DNA of 64,000 nucleotides from Macrostomum lignano. Taxonomy: Eukaryota. The notes under the pieces are model-generated. The model was not told the origin of the DNA and did no database searches. It worked only from the letters and a program-made list of their open reading frames with translations. The translations under genes and the position numbers were made by a program. Shown one piece after another: positions 1 through 11,773 of the stretch; the stretch's first letter is position 1; each line of letters begins with the position of its first letter. The DNA lies in contig NIVC01001023.1 of assembly GCA_002269645.1 (NCBI GenBank), forward strand, positions 248,001 through 312,000, given 5' to 3'.

Positions 1-2125
1 GTGTGGCAATTGTGAATAGGAGTGTAAGCAATTGAGAATGGGAGTGTGGCAATTGTGAATGGGAGTGTGGCAATTGTGAATGGAAGTGTAAGCAATTGTG
101 AATGGGAGTGTGGCAATTGTGAATGGGAGTGTGGCAATTGTGAATGGAAGTGTAAGCAATTGTGAATGGGAGTGTGGCAATTGTGAATGGGAGTGTGGCA
201 ATTGTGAATGGGAGTGTGGCAATTGTGAATGGGAGTGTGGCAATTGTGAATAGGAGTGTAAGCAATTGAGAATGGGAGTGTTAGCAATTGAGAATGGGAG
301 TGTAAGCAATTGAGAATGGGAGTGTTAGCAATTGAGAATGGGAGTGTTATCAATTGAGAATGGGAGTGTGGCAATTGTGAATGGGAGTGTGGCAATTGTG
401 AATAGGAGTGTTATCAATTGAGAATGGGAGTGTTAGCAATTGAGAATTGGAGTGTGGCAATTGTGAATGGGAGTGTGGCAATTGTGAATTGAAGTGTGGC
501 AATTGTGAATGGGAGTGTGGTAATTGTGAATGGGAGTGTGGCAATTGTGAATTGGAGTGTGGCAATTGTGAATGGGAGTGTGGCAATTGTGAATTGAAGT
601 GTGGCAATTGTGAATGGGAGTGTGGTAATTGTGAATGGGAGTGTGGCAATTGTGAATGGGAGTGTGGCAATTGTGAATTGGAGTGTGGCAATTGTGAATG
701 GGAGTGTGGCAGTTGTGAATTGGAGTGTGGCAATTGTGAATGGAAGTGTAAGCAATTGTGAATGGGAGTGTGGTAATTGTGAATGGGACTGTAAGCAATT
801 GTGAATGGAAGTGTAAGCAATTGTGAATGGGAGTGTGGCAATTGTGAATGGGAGTGTGGCAATTGTGAATGGGAGTGTGGCAATTGTGAATGGGAGTGTG
901 GCAATTGTGAATGGAAGTGTAAGCAATTGTGAATGGGAGTGTGGCAATTGTGAATTGGAGTGTGGCAATTGTGAATGGGAGTGTGGCAGTTGTGAATTGG
1001 AGTGTGGCAATTGTGAATGGAAGTGTAAGCAATTGTGGATGGGAGTGTGGTAATTGTGAATGGGACTGTAAGCAATTGTGAATGGAAGTGTAAGCAATTG
1101 TGAATGGGAGTGTGGCAATTGTGAATGGGAGTGTGGCAATTGTGAATGGGAGTGTGGCAATTGTGAATGGGAGTGTGGCAATTGTGAATGGGAGTGTGGC
1201 AATTGTGAATGGGAGTGTGGCAATTGTGAATGGAAGTGTAAGCAATTGTGAATGGGAGTGTGGCAATTGTGAATGGGAGTGTGGCAATTGTGAATGGGAG
1301 TGTGGCAATTGTGAATGGAAGTGTAAGCAATTGTGAATGGGAGTGTGGCAATTGTGAATGGGAGTGTGGCAATTGTGAATGGGAGTGTGGCAATTGTGAA
1401 TGGGAGTGTGGCAATTGTGAATGGGAGTGTGGCAATTGTGAATGGGAGTGTGGCAATTGTGAATAGGAGTGTAAGCAATTGAGAATGGGAGTGTTAGCAA
1501 TTGAGAATGGGAGTGTTAGCAATTGAGAATGGGAGTGTTATCAATTGAGAATGGGAGTGTTAGCAATTGAGAATGGGAGTGTTATCAATTGAGAATGGGA
1601 GTGTGGCAATTGTGAATGGGAGTGTGGCAATTGTGAATAGGAGTGTTATCAATTGAGAATGGGAGTGTTAGCAATTGAGAATGGGAGTGTTATCAATTGA
1701 GAATGGGAGTGTGGCAATTGAGAATGGGAGTGTTAGCAATTGAGAATGGGAATGTAAGCAATTGAGAATGGGAGTGTAAGCAATTGAGAATGGGAGTGTT
1801 ATCAATTGAGAATGGGAGTGTTAGCAATTGAGAATGGGAGTGTTATCAATTGAGAATGGGAGTGTTAGCAATTGAGAATAGGAGTGTTATCAATTGAGAA
1901 TGGGAGTGTTAGCAATTGTGAATGGGAGTGCAAGCAATTGTGAATGGGGTGTGGCAATTGTGGATGGGAGTGTGGCAATTGTGGATGGGAGTGTGGCAAT
2001 TGGGAATGGGAGTGTGGAAATTGTGGATAGGAGTGTGGCAATTGGGAATGGGAGTGTGGCAATTGTGGATAGGAGTGTGGCAATTGGGAATGGTAGTGTG
2101 GCAATTGTGAATAGGATTGTAGCAG
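1..2125. repeat. Minisatellite array, 21/22-bp unit (GGGAGTGTGGCAATTGTGAAT and variants), probably in an intron of the H6PD gene
   Basis: Unit is directly visible and the array runs off the 5' edge of the window. An internal block of about 277 bp is duplicated (variants at 708/985 and 785/1062). Confidence 0.97.
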
Positions 2126-2224
2126 TTGTGAATGGAAGATAATGATAATGAATGAGATATGATATAAGATGATTTTACAAGCAGTAGAATAACATAACTT
2201 GAACTGCATGCATTCTCACCCCAG

Positions 2225-5200
2225 AATCCCGATGAGTCACCCGCACCTGATGGCGCCATCTCCAGCAGGCGCAGAATCTTCTACCTGTCCATCCCGCCGC
2301 GTTCCTACGCGGATGTGGCACGGGCGGTGCAGCTGGCCTGTCCTCACCCAGCCGGCTCGCCAACCAGCAACGAGTTCGTGCTGGAGAAGCCGTTTGGATC
2401 CGATGCGGAGTCTGCGGAGAGTCTGGCAGCTGAGCTGGCGGAGGCTGGGGTCAGCGAGGCCCAGCTTCATCGAGTTGATCACTACCTGGCTAAGCCTGTG
2501 CTGGCGAGCCTGCTGCAGTTCAGGTGCGTCTGGGCTTCAGTTTTTTATACTTAGAGGCAGGTGTGTGCTCCCTGGCGCACTTTGAGCGACATTGTCACAC
2601 AACCGGCGAGAGGCATTTCTGCCCATTCTGCCGACTCCCCTGAGCAGGCACACAAGCTCGCGGATACGTACGCAGTCATACGCACAGGCATACGCTTACA
2701 CAGGAGTGTACAGCGGCCCTGACTTCATTCATCGTTAGGCATGTACACTTCACTATGCCTTGGGGGTTGGCCTTGAAGGGCGTTAATTGCACGAGCAGAA
2801 CCAAGCCAAGATTCCAATTTAGCTTAAACCTACTACAAATGTGACTGCACTTGGAATCGAGCCTGGGCCGCTGGTACATCAGAGCGCCGCGTTGGACTAC
2901 TGGGCTACGGCCGCCCTTGCGTCTTGGCTGTAGTTTGCGATATTGAATTTGCAGGGGATCATTTTAATTTCTGAAATTGCAAATGACGATTACAAGGACG
3001 GAGCAGTTTTCAACTAGTCTTTTATTAACTAAAATGAAAGTGGCAACCAAACTCGACAAATGAATGACAGGAGCCCAGCTTTTGCCTTTACCAGCTTTGC
3101 CCAGCTTTGCCAGCTTTGAGCCCACTAAGGAGACAGGGGCGCCCACTAAGAGACAGGGGCGCCCACTAAGAGACAGGGGCGCCCACTAAGAGACAGGGGC
3201 GCCCACTAAGGAGACAGGGGCGCCCACTAAGAGACAGGAGCGCCCACTAAGGAGACAGGGGCGCCCACTAAGGAGACAGGGGCGCCCACTAAGAGACAGG
3301 GGCGCCCACTAAGGAGAAAGGGGCGCCCACTAAGGAGACAGGGGCGCCCACTAAGAGACAGGGGCGCCCACCAAGAGACAGGGGCGCCCACCAAGAGACA
3401 GGGGCGCCCCACCAAGAGACAGGGGCGCCCACTAAGAGACAGGGGCGCCCACCAAGAGACAGGGGCGCCCACCAAGAGACAGGGGCGCCCACCAAGAGAC
3501 AGGGGCGCCCACCAAGAGACAGGGGCGCCCCACCAAGAGACAGGGGCGCCCACTAAGAGACAGGGGCGCCCACCAAGAGACAGGGGCGCCCACCAAGAGA
3601 CAGGGGCGCCCACCAAGAGACAGGGGCGCCCACTAAGACACAGGGGCGCCCACCAAGAGACAGCGGCGCCCCACCAAGAGACAGGGGCGCCCCACCAAGA
3701 GACAGGGGCGCCCACTAAGAGACAGGGGCGCCCACCAAGAGACAGGGGCGCCCACCAAGAGACAGGGGCGCCCACCAAGAGACAGGGGCGCCCACTAAGA
3801 GACAGGGGCGCTCACCAAGAGACAGGGGCGCCCACTAAGACACAGGGGCGCCCACCAAGAGACAGCGGCGCCCCACCAAGAGACAGGGACATAACACCAA
3901 ACAATAGTCGATACAATTACCACTAACATTTTATGGTTCGCATTTCGATTGTAAGATAAGATAATCATTTAGCTACGGTATCCATTTGCAGTGTTTTTAG
4001 TAAATTTGTTATTTTATCTTGATGCTACGACACAAAAATAAAGAAATCTGATTCAGAAGTCAGAAGTTTCAGTCGCCATGAGCAGCAGTCATCGCTAAGG
4101 GCCGATTTGCATCACCGTCAGCAGCTCAAAGCTTCAATTGAAACTAAAACAAGTGGAGCTGTGTAAACAACAATTTGCTGGTATTAAGTTTTTAATGGTA
4201 TTAAAGTACAACAAAAGTAGACAATGGTGTGCTACTAAACTTACTTTTGCATGCGATATTTTGTGTCTTCAATTTTTTTAAATGGTAATTTTATTATTTG
4301 TCAGGACATGAGTACAAAAGTACAACAAATAGGTAAAACTTGAAGGTAAAGGATGATCTGGATCTGGGCAGCGGAGAGTTGAAATAAATCAATAATGGCT
4401 CCCTAACCCACTAAACCCTCGCGGCCTCAACCGAAGTACATAAGCAAGTGCTGTCTGTTTGTGCCAATTCCAGACAGGCCAATCCGCACCTGGAGTCGCT
4501 TCTCTCCTCAGCCCATGTTACCCGCGTTGAGGCCGCCATCTGGGAGAGTCTGGGCGTCGAAGGTGAGACAGGCTTCGCCAATTCATTCATTGTTTCATTT
4601 CAATAATGAGCTTCCTTTGCCACATCTTCCGCACCAGACCGTCTGGCATTCTACGACAGCGAGGGCGTCATTCGCGACGTGATGCAGAACCACCTGACGG
4701 AGATGCTGAGCCTGCTGCTGATGGATCTGCCGCCCTCGGAGCCGCCCCCTCCCGACTGGCTGGAATCGGAGAAGTCGCGTCTCTTAGCTGCCTACTGCCC
4801 GCTACTGGGCGAGCGGCACCTCTTGGCTGGCCGGTACGCCGGCTTCGGCGGCTCCTCTGCCACTCCGACATTCGCAGCTGCCGGGCTGACCTTCTGTCGC
4901 AGCGCTCGCTGGCAATCCTTGCCAATTTTTGCTTCAGCCGGCAAGCGGCTGGCTTTCAAGGCGTCCTTCATTCGGCTAAGATTTCAACTGGCAACTGAAC
5001 GCACCGAGGACGAGCTGCTGGTCTTTGTTGGCGGCGACGCCAAGGCAACTGGTCTGGCGCGACCTCTCATTGCCTGTTCCAGCGGTCTTCGCTGCCGACC
5101 CAGCGCCGGTCTTTCCGTGTTGCCCAGCAACGAAGCTGCTCTGCCGTCTGGCGAAGATGCGGCCGAGACTGAGTCATTGTTGCGCTTTCCAACGGATAGA

Positions 5201-7758
5201 TATGCGTTTTTCAGCGCTGTGTCCCAACAGGAGTCTCAGAATTCCTATGTTGCAGTTGTGAGGCAGCTGCTGAGGAGCTCATCTGAGTCACCGATAAATT
5301 CTTGCTTTGTTGGGTCGCCGAGCTTATTGGCCTCCTGGCGTCTCTGGGACCCGGCATTGGCTGCTGTAGCGGACTTAGCAGAGCTGGACGATGAGGATTC
5401 TGGGGTGAGGCTGGGGCCTTTTATATCATTTAATATTCTTCTCTAATAGAAGTACTAAGTTTAGTAAATTTCTTGATAGCTCAATGTTATGTCCTAGAAT
5501 ATGTACCTTTAGACTATCACTAGCAATCTAGTGCTCCCCTTTGGGGCGCCCAAATAAGCAAGTTGCTGAAATTATTCATCCAAATCCTTTTTCAGTTTTT
5601 TAAATCACCTTATTCAAGTTTTTACAAAGATAACAGGAATTCCCAGTAAATAGCAAGCATCCCCCAGATAGCAAGCATCCCCCAAATAGCAAGCATCCCC
5701 CAAATAGCAAGCATCCCCCAAATAGCAAGCACCCCCCAGATAGCAAGCATCCCCCAAATAGCAAGCACCCCCCAGATAGCAAGCATCCCCAAGACCGCAA
5801 GCATCCCCCAAATAGCAAGCATCCCCCAAATAGCAAGCATCCCCCAAATAGCAAGCATCCCCCAAATAGCAAGCATCCCCCAGATATCAAGCATCCCCCA
5901 AATAGCAAGAAGTATCTCCCAGATTTTCCCTGAGAAAGAAAGTTTGTGTTTTTCATTTTGTACAAGCTACTTTATTCCAGAAGCCTAGGACTAGGAGCAA
6001 GGGTAAGACTGTATATCTGCAATAAACTGGTGAAACCGGCGGATTTTTAACCTGCATGAATTCTAATCCCCGTCCCCGGAACTATTCTTAAGCATACTGC
6101 ATTCTCAAAACTGAAGTCATACTCAAACAAAAACTTGTTATTAGTTAGGAAAATGGAAGTAAGCAAAACCGAAGATTACAACGAAGGAATGGTTATATGA
6201 TGCTTTCCCAACATGGAATCTTGTAATAAGAAACTTTTAAACCACAGTTGTTAGTGGTTTCCAGAATAAAACAGTTAAAACACTCGAAAAAACCTGAGCT
6301 TCTTATTTGCATCACGCGAAAGTTTCAATCCTAAGTGCTAGCAAGCAAAAAAATGCCTTGTTGGTTAGCAATCATTTTTACAACTATGTTTCAGCTGCTC
6401 GTCTATCCGTCTAAGTGGCTACCCGACCTAATTACTAAGCGAAGAGGCCAGCTTCAATGGCCAGCATCTCCCAAAATCGAGTCTCCAAGCTCCAAAGCAA
6501 CTCAAACAACAAAAGCGCTGCAGTCAACAGCTAATTTGATTCGTCTGCATCCAGCAGTTTGCAATGGAGCCAGCGATTGCGAGTTTTTACTTCACAGAGG
6601 CTCCCCGCTATCCTTGTCCAGACAGCTGGCATTCCGAATCGCCTCTAAAGTTAAGGAGGCTTTCGTTGCCAGCACAGCCACTGTTTACGGACAGAAAAAT
6701 CAGTTCCATCTCGCTCTGCCTGGTGGCCAGTCGGCCCAAATGCTGATGCAGTTTCTGGCAGCATTGTCAAGGGATGACGACACTTTAGCCAACGCTTTTG
6801 CTACCACTTTGCATATTTGGGTTACAGATGAGCGATGTGTTCACGATGGTGAGTGAATCCATTGTTTTGCCACCTAACATGCTGTTTTAGTGCAGGCAAA
6901 TGGGTGGGTCTAACATTAAATATCAGTGATAAGCTTGAAATAGCATATCAGCGTTTTGAACGCTGACACAGTGTTTACCTTTTATTTTAAAATCTTAAGT
7001 ATAAGTACAAGTGCTTAGTAAAGAACAGGAACACAACGTACACTAGAAATATGCGATGTTCGAGTCCGTTATTTAGTTGCGTATTTTAATGTATGGGTGT
7101 GCCTATTTTAAAAAAAACTATAAAAACAGTTTTTGATTTTGCATTGTCAGATCCCGGATCCGTCGCTCAGAACGAATCGCAACTCAACTCAGCCGTGATT
7201 GATCGAAACTTTCTGCAACAACTTCCTTCAGCTGCCCGATTGCCACTCAATCATCTGCACTTTCCACGACTGCTTACTGCGGATGTCGCTGGTTGCAGAG
7301 CTTCTGCCGGTGCTTATACAAGTGAAGTGGATCACTGGCTCAACTTCAGGAGTAATATTAGCGCCCTGCCACCTAGCTTTGACTTTGTTGTTCTTGGAGT
7401 TGGAACTGATGGGCATGCAGCATCGCTATTCTCACCGCATGATTTGGATAAATGGGACCGCAGCATGCCCATTAGCTCTGCTAAAGACCAGCAAGGATGT
7501 GAGCAATCAGCTCGCGTCACAAATTCACCGAAGGCGCCTTTCTCACGCATCAGTCTTTCCTCCTGTAGAATTGCGAATTCCAGCGAAGTTGCTTTTGTTT
7601 TAGTGAGCAAAGCTAAACAGGCTGCTATCGACCTGATTGCAAAGCCAAGAGAAACTGAATTAAAAACTCCAATTTACGTTCACCTGTTGCGTCTGGTTGG
7701 AACAAAACGTGCCAGACTATGGGTTGACCGTTCTTTGGATTTTAGCAATATTGTTTAG
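2225..7758 (+). CDS. H6PD: Bifunctional hexose-6-phosphate dehydrogenase / 6-phosphogluconolactonase; 5' exons lie outside the window
   Basis: Exons 2225-2523, 4474-4562, 4638-5404, 6395-6848 and 7151-7758, all GT-AG with matching phases (2,1,0,1). G6PD-type motifs IFYLSIPP, EKPFG, RVDHYLAK and FYDSEGVIRDVMQNHL, then 6PGL motifs DERCV and VVLGVGTDGHAASLF. Confidence 0.9.
2541..2917 (-). mobile_element. tRNA-derived SINE, copy 1, inserted just inside an H6PD 5' splice site
   Basis: Alignable along its length with 42087-42452. The minus-strand head has A-box-like TAGCCCAGTAG and B-box-like GGCTCGATTCC, and there is an A-tail (T6 on +). Decayed 16-bp TSD at 2525-2540 and 2918-2933 (3 mismatches). 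Confidence 0.85.
3110..3890. repeat. Intronic minisatellite, 20/21-bp unit CCCAC(C/T)AAGAGACAGGGGCG
   Basis: Tandem unit directly visible. Confidence 0.97.
5650..5910. repeat. Intronic minisatellite, 18-bp unit AAATAGCAAGCATCCCCC
   Basis: Period 18 (TAGCAAG at 5651 and 5669). Confidence 0.95.
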
Positions 7759-8489
7759 AAATATAGCGAATTTTTTCTATTTGTGCTGTATGAAACCATT
7801 ACTGTTTTCTATCTGAAATCTCAGTGCTAAAATGAAATACAAGTGACGATCTTGATTGTTCTACAATAAGTGCTAACAACTAGCATATGTCTTTTATTTT
7901 GAGTATACTTGGACTTTTAACTGCCAAGCTCACCCGGGCCTGCTCGGTCTGCTGAAAGTTTCTTTTAATATTAATTTGTCTTTTTACACACACGCATTGC
8001 AAGTATTACCCGATTCTAACCGAATTTTCTTTACCCCTCTCTCTCCTAATACTAAAACCGACGCGATGTTTGTCTGTGTGTGTATTGCAAGTGAACTCCC
8101 TCAATTCTGCCAAGTCAGCATCGAAACTCATATGGGAAAACTGAAAATTTTCCGGAGCAGGCTTTAGGCTATTTTACTTTTTAATTTTCACATTTTAACA
8201 TCCCTAAAAAGCAGAAAACTGTTTTTTAACTATCAATAACCTTTTTTGGCCCCTCTGCCTCTCTGCAGTGGATGTATGTCTACCACGCTTTTCCCCACAG
8301 ACTATCATAACCGTTACTTTGAAAGTAGAAAGCATCTTTTTATAGATTTCAATTTAACAGTCTTGGTTGACGGAAATGATATTGATATAATTAGATAGTC
8401 GTTTAACGGAGGAGATTTTAATGAAAATCAGTTAAAGCTCATTGAAGCTATCATTTCAGTAATTTCATTAATGGAGGAGGCGAAGAAAT

Positions 8490-8720
8490 AAGTAAGGGAG
8501 TAGAGATGAGAGGAGAGAGAGAGGAGAGTGAAGCGAGAAGAGAAGGGAGAGAGGAGAGAGAAGAGAGATGAAAGATCAGAGATAAGAGAATTAAGAGGAG
8601 ATGTGAGGGAAAGAAGAGTGAAAGAGAGGAGCGCAGAGAGGAAAGATGAGAGATGATAAATTAGACAGTAGAGATGAGAGAGTAGAGATGAGAGAGCAAA
8701 GAGGAGAGAAAAGACAGGAG
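8490..8720. repeat. AG-rich low-complexity tract
   Basis: Almost pure purine run on the + strand. Confidence 0.85.
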
Positions 8721-9313
8721 AATCTGAGTCTGGACAATGGCGCAGTCAGGTTTTGCAAGTGAAAACAAGATATGGTATTTAAAATGCTTTGTAGAGGATT
8801 TGGAGACCATTTGGAAGATGGGATTCAAGTCATTAAATTTCAGATGATGGATTTCAGGGAATGAAATTCTGGCGATGGGAGCTCTTCCCCTTTCTTCTCC
8901 GAAGGAGGAGTTCCACCCGTACATTATAATTCTACTAAAATTAAGTACAATCTATCAAATTATCCATACTGAAATTAGTACTATAAGTCACAAATTAGAA
9001 CTTTGCTATAAAAGTACTCGTGACGTCAAGTAAAGCGTAAGATACGATTTATCTAAAATGCAACGAACAAAAGTCTATATATAAAAATAAGCACATGATT
9101 ATTCAACAGAGAAGTTCAGTTAATCCTGATTTGAGTTAGACTGAAAACCCTTGAGGAAATTAGACACATTGCCATAAATAATAATAATAACATCACGCCC
9201 GCGCCGACCACACAAGTGGCCAAGAGGGACGTCAAATCGCGCTTCAGGACAATTGGTTTCCGCCCGCCAAGCTGCTGAATTCAGAGCGTTGAAGGTCTCG
9301 TTGAACAGCGCAC

Positions 9314-9421
9314 CAGCATGGAGGCTCGGGGATTTGGCTGATTTCTCCGCAGTCTCAACGCAGCGGCGCAGGGTCAGCAGGCTGCAGTTGATGCTGCCGG
9401 CCTCTCGGGTGCGCTCGCCTG
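9314..9421 (-). pseudogene. Isolated exon-like fragment of a kinesin-6 (KIF20/KIF23-like) motor domain
   Basis: The minus strand reads GERTREAGSINCSLLTLRRCVET and, after a frameshift, LRRNQ. This matches the kinesin-6 segment GxRLxEAGNINxSLxTLxxCxxxLRxNQ. Bounded by CAG and GTGCGC. No other kinesin exon recognised. Confidence 0.6.
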
Positions 9422-9429
9422 CTGTGCTG

Positions 9430-9915
9430 GGATGTGGGATGGGGGAGATGGGATCTGGGATGTGGGTGTTATTTGGGAAATGGGATCTGGGATGGGGGAG
9501 ATGGGATTTGGGAAATAGGATCTGGGATGGGGGAGATGGGATTTGGGAAATAGGATCTGGGATGGGGGAGATAGGATTTGGGAAATATGATCTGGGATGG
9601 GGGAGATGGGATTTGGGAAATATGATCTGGGATGGGGGAGATGGAATTTGGGAAATAGGATCTGGGAAGGGGGTGTTATTTGGGAAATGGGATCTGGGAT
9701 GGGGGAGATGGGATTTGGGAAATGGGATCTGGGATGGAGGAGATGGGATTTGGGAAATAGGATCTGGGATGGGGGAGATGGGAGTTGGGAAATGGGAGCT
9801 GGGATGGAGGAGATGGGATTTGGGAACTAGGATCTGGGATGGGGGAGATGGGATTTGGGAAATGGGATCCGGGATGGGGGAGATGGAGATGGGAAATAAG
9901 TTGGGAAATGGGCGA
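9430..9915. repeat. Minisatellite, about 35-bp G-rich unit (GGGAGATGGGATTTGGGAAATAGGATCTGGGATGG)
   Basis: Period 35 (GGATCTGG at 9483 and 9518). Confidence 0.93.
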
Positions 9916-10520
9916 TGGTAGATGGCCTAAAGGTAAAATACGAGTGTTTAATCGTTTTCATTTTGCAAGAAAACCCGCAGTCGCACACTGACTGCCTTAA
10001 GTAGCTAGCCACACACTGCAGTTCTGCTGTTCCCTCAGAGCCAATGGGAGAGGCAGACAGCTGGGCGGAGGCGGCCGCACAAGCCAGCAAAAGCAGCCGC
10101 ATTCTGAGCAGGCAGGGTGAGAAGTGCCTTGGTTTTCTCTGAGGCGCTCAGATGAGCAAACCAGCTTTTGTAACCCCCGGGTTTGGGGGGGGGGTTGGTT
10201 TTGCGCCTTTGTGCGTGCGCAGAGTTGGCGTGGGGGCTGTGCATTGTGTTGTTTTCTACTCTCCTTGTGCAGAGGCCCTCCGCCCGACTGATGAGGGTTT
10301 TTATGTCCAGTTTCAAATTTTGCAGCTGTTGCTTCGTCCCTGTGTTCTCGTCAGCCTCTGTGTTTCTCTGTGTGCCCGTGGTGTTTCTTCCGGGCTGGGT
10401 ACTGAGAATTCGCTGCAGCTGCTCCAGGGCCAATAAAATCTGCTGCAGAAGCAGCCGCTGGCCTGCTATACTCTCGGGCTGAGCTGAGACACCTGCGACT
10501 GACGGACTGAGCTTCCAGTC

Positions 10521-11486
10521 ATGGCACAGCGAGAGAAACCACAACCACCACCATCACAACCACGACCACAACCATCACAACCACCACCACCACCACCACC
10601 ATCAAAACCACGACCACAACCATCAAAACCACCACCACCACCACCATCACAACCACGACCACAACCATCACAACCACCACCACCACCACCATCAAAACCA
10701 CGACCACAACCATCAAAACCACAACCACCACCACTATCACAACCACGACCACAACCATCACAACCACCACCACCACCACCATCAAAACCACGACCACAAC
10801 CATCACAACCACCACTACCACCACCACCATCACAACCACCCCCATCACAACCACCACCACAAACATCACAACCACCACCACCACCACCACCATCACAACC
10901 ACAACCACAACCATCACAACCACCACCACCACCACCATCACAACTACGACCACAACCATCACAACCACCACCACCACCACCACCACCATCACAACTACGA
11001 CCACAACCATCACAACCACCACCACCACCACCACCATCACAACCACGACCACAACCATCACAACCACCACCACCACCACCATCACAACTACGACTACAAC
11101 CATCACAACCATCACAACCACCACCACCACCACCACCATCACAACCACGACCACAACCATCACAACCACCACCACCACCACCATCACAACTACGACTACA
11201 ACCATCACAACCATCACAACCACCACCACCACCACCACCACCACCATCACAACCACAACCACAACCATCACGACCACCACCACCACCACCATCACAACCA
11301 CAACCACAACCATCACGACCACCACCACCACCACCATCACAACTACGACCACAACCATCACAACCACCACCACTACCATCACAACCACAACTACGATTAC
11401 TAAAGCCACTGCGAGAGCCACCAGAACCACCAAGACTGCCACCACAACACTTCCAACTTCCGAGCACACCATCTCTTGACAAAGAA
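10521..11486 (+). other. Triplet-based ACC/ACA/ATC repeat; candidate Pro/Gln/Ser-rich first coding exon of the ankyrin-kinase
   Basis: Frame stays open across about 900 bp. ATG at 10521 lies just after CCAG. Strong donor AA|GTATGT at 11486/11487 in phase 0, compatible with phase-0 acceptors at 11774 or 11828. It could equally be non-coding. Confidence 0.35.
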
Positions 11487-11773
11487 GTATGTGACGTTAA
11501 AGTAACCAAATTGTAGTGAGTTGCAAGTGTACTTGTATGCGCCAGTCGCTAGAGCGGGGTTGGGGGGTTGCTATTGTACAGCATTTACGTGCTTTTCACC
11601 CACCCCTGTCTCCATCTTTTATACCCAGTTATGTAACAATCGTTGCATCGTATTTAACCTGCGTATCGATCTAATAAACGCCAAGAGACTTCGTTAACTC
11701 TCAGTTGTATCTCTCTGCCTTAGTCTAAAAAATTGAAGCATATTATTATTTTTAGTTTCCACTGCAGTTGCAG

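Noticed and set aside
350-1522. Long ORFs in the 21-bp array, and likewise those at 28814-30247, 58124-59291, 49737-50687 and 51274-52045
   Set aside because: Repeat-derived periodic peptides in several frames and strands, with no splice or start context. The metallothionein- or keratin-like look (CGCQL, CEWECGN) is coincidental.
8661-8924. Possible LINE reverse-transcriptase fragment
   Set aside because: No diagnostic RT motif visible.
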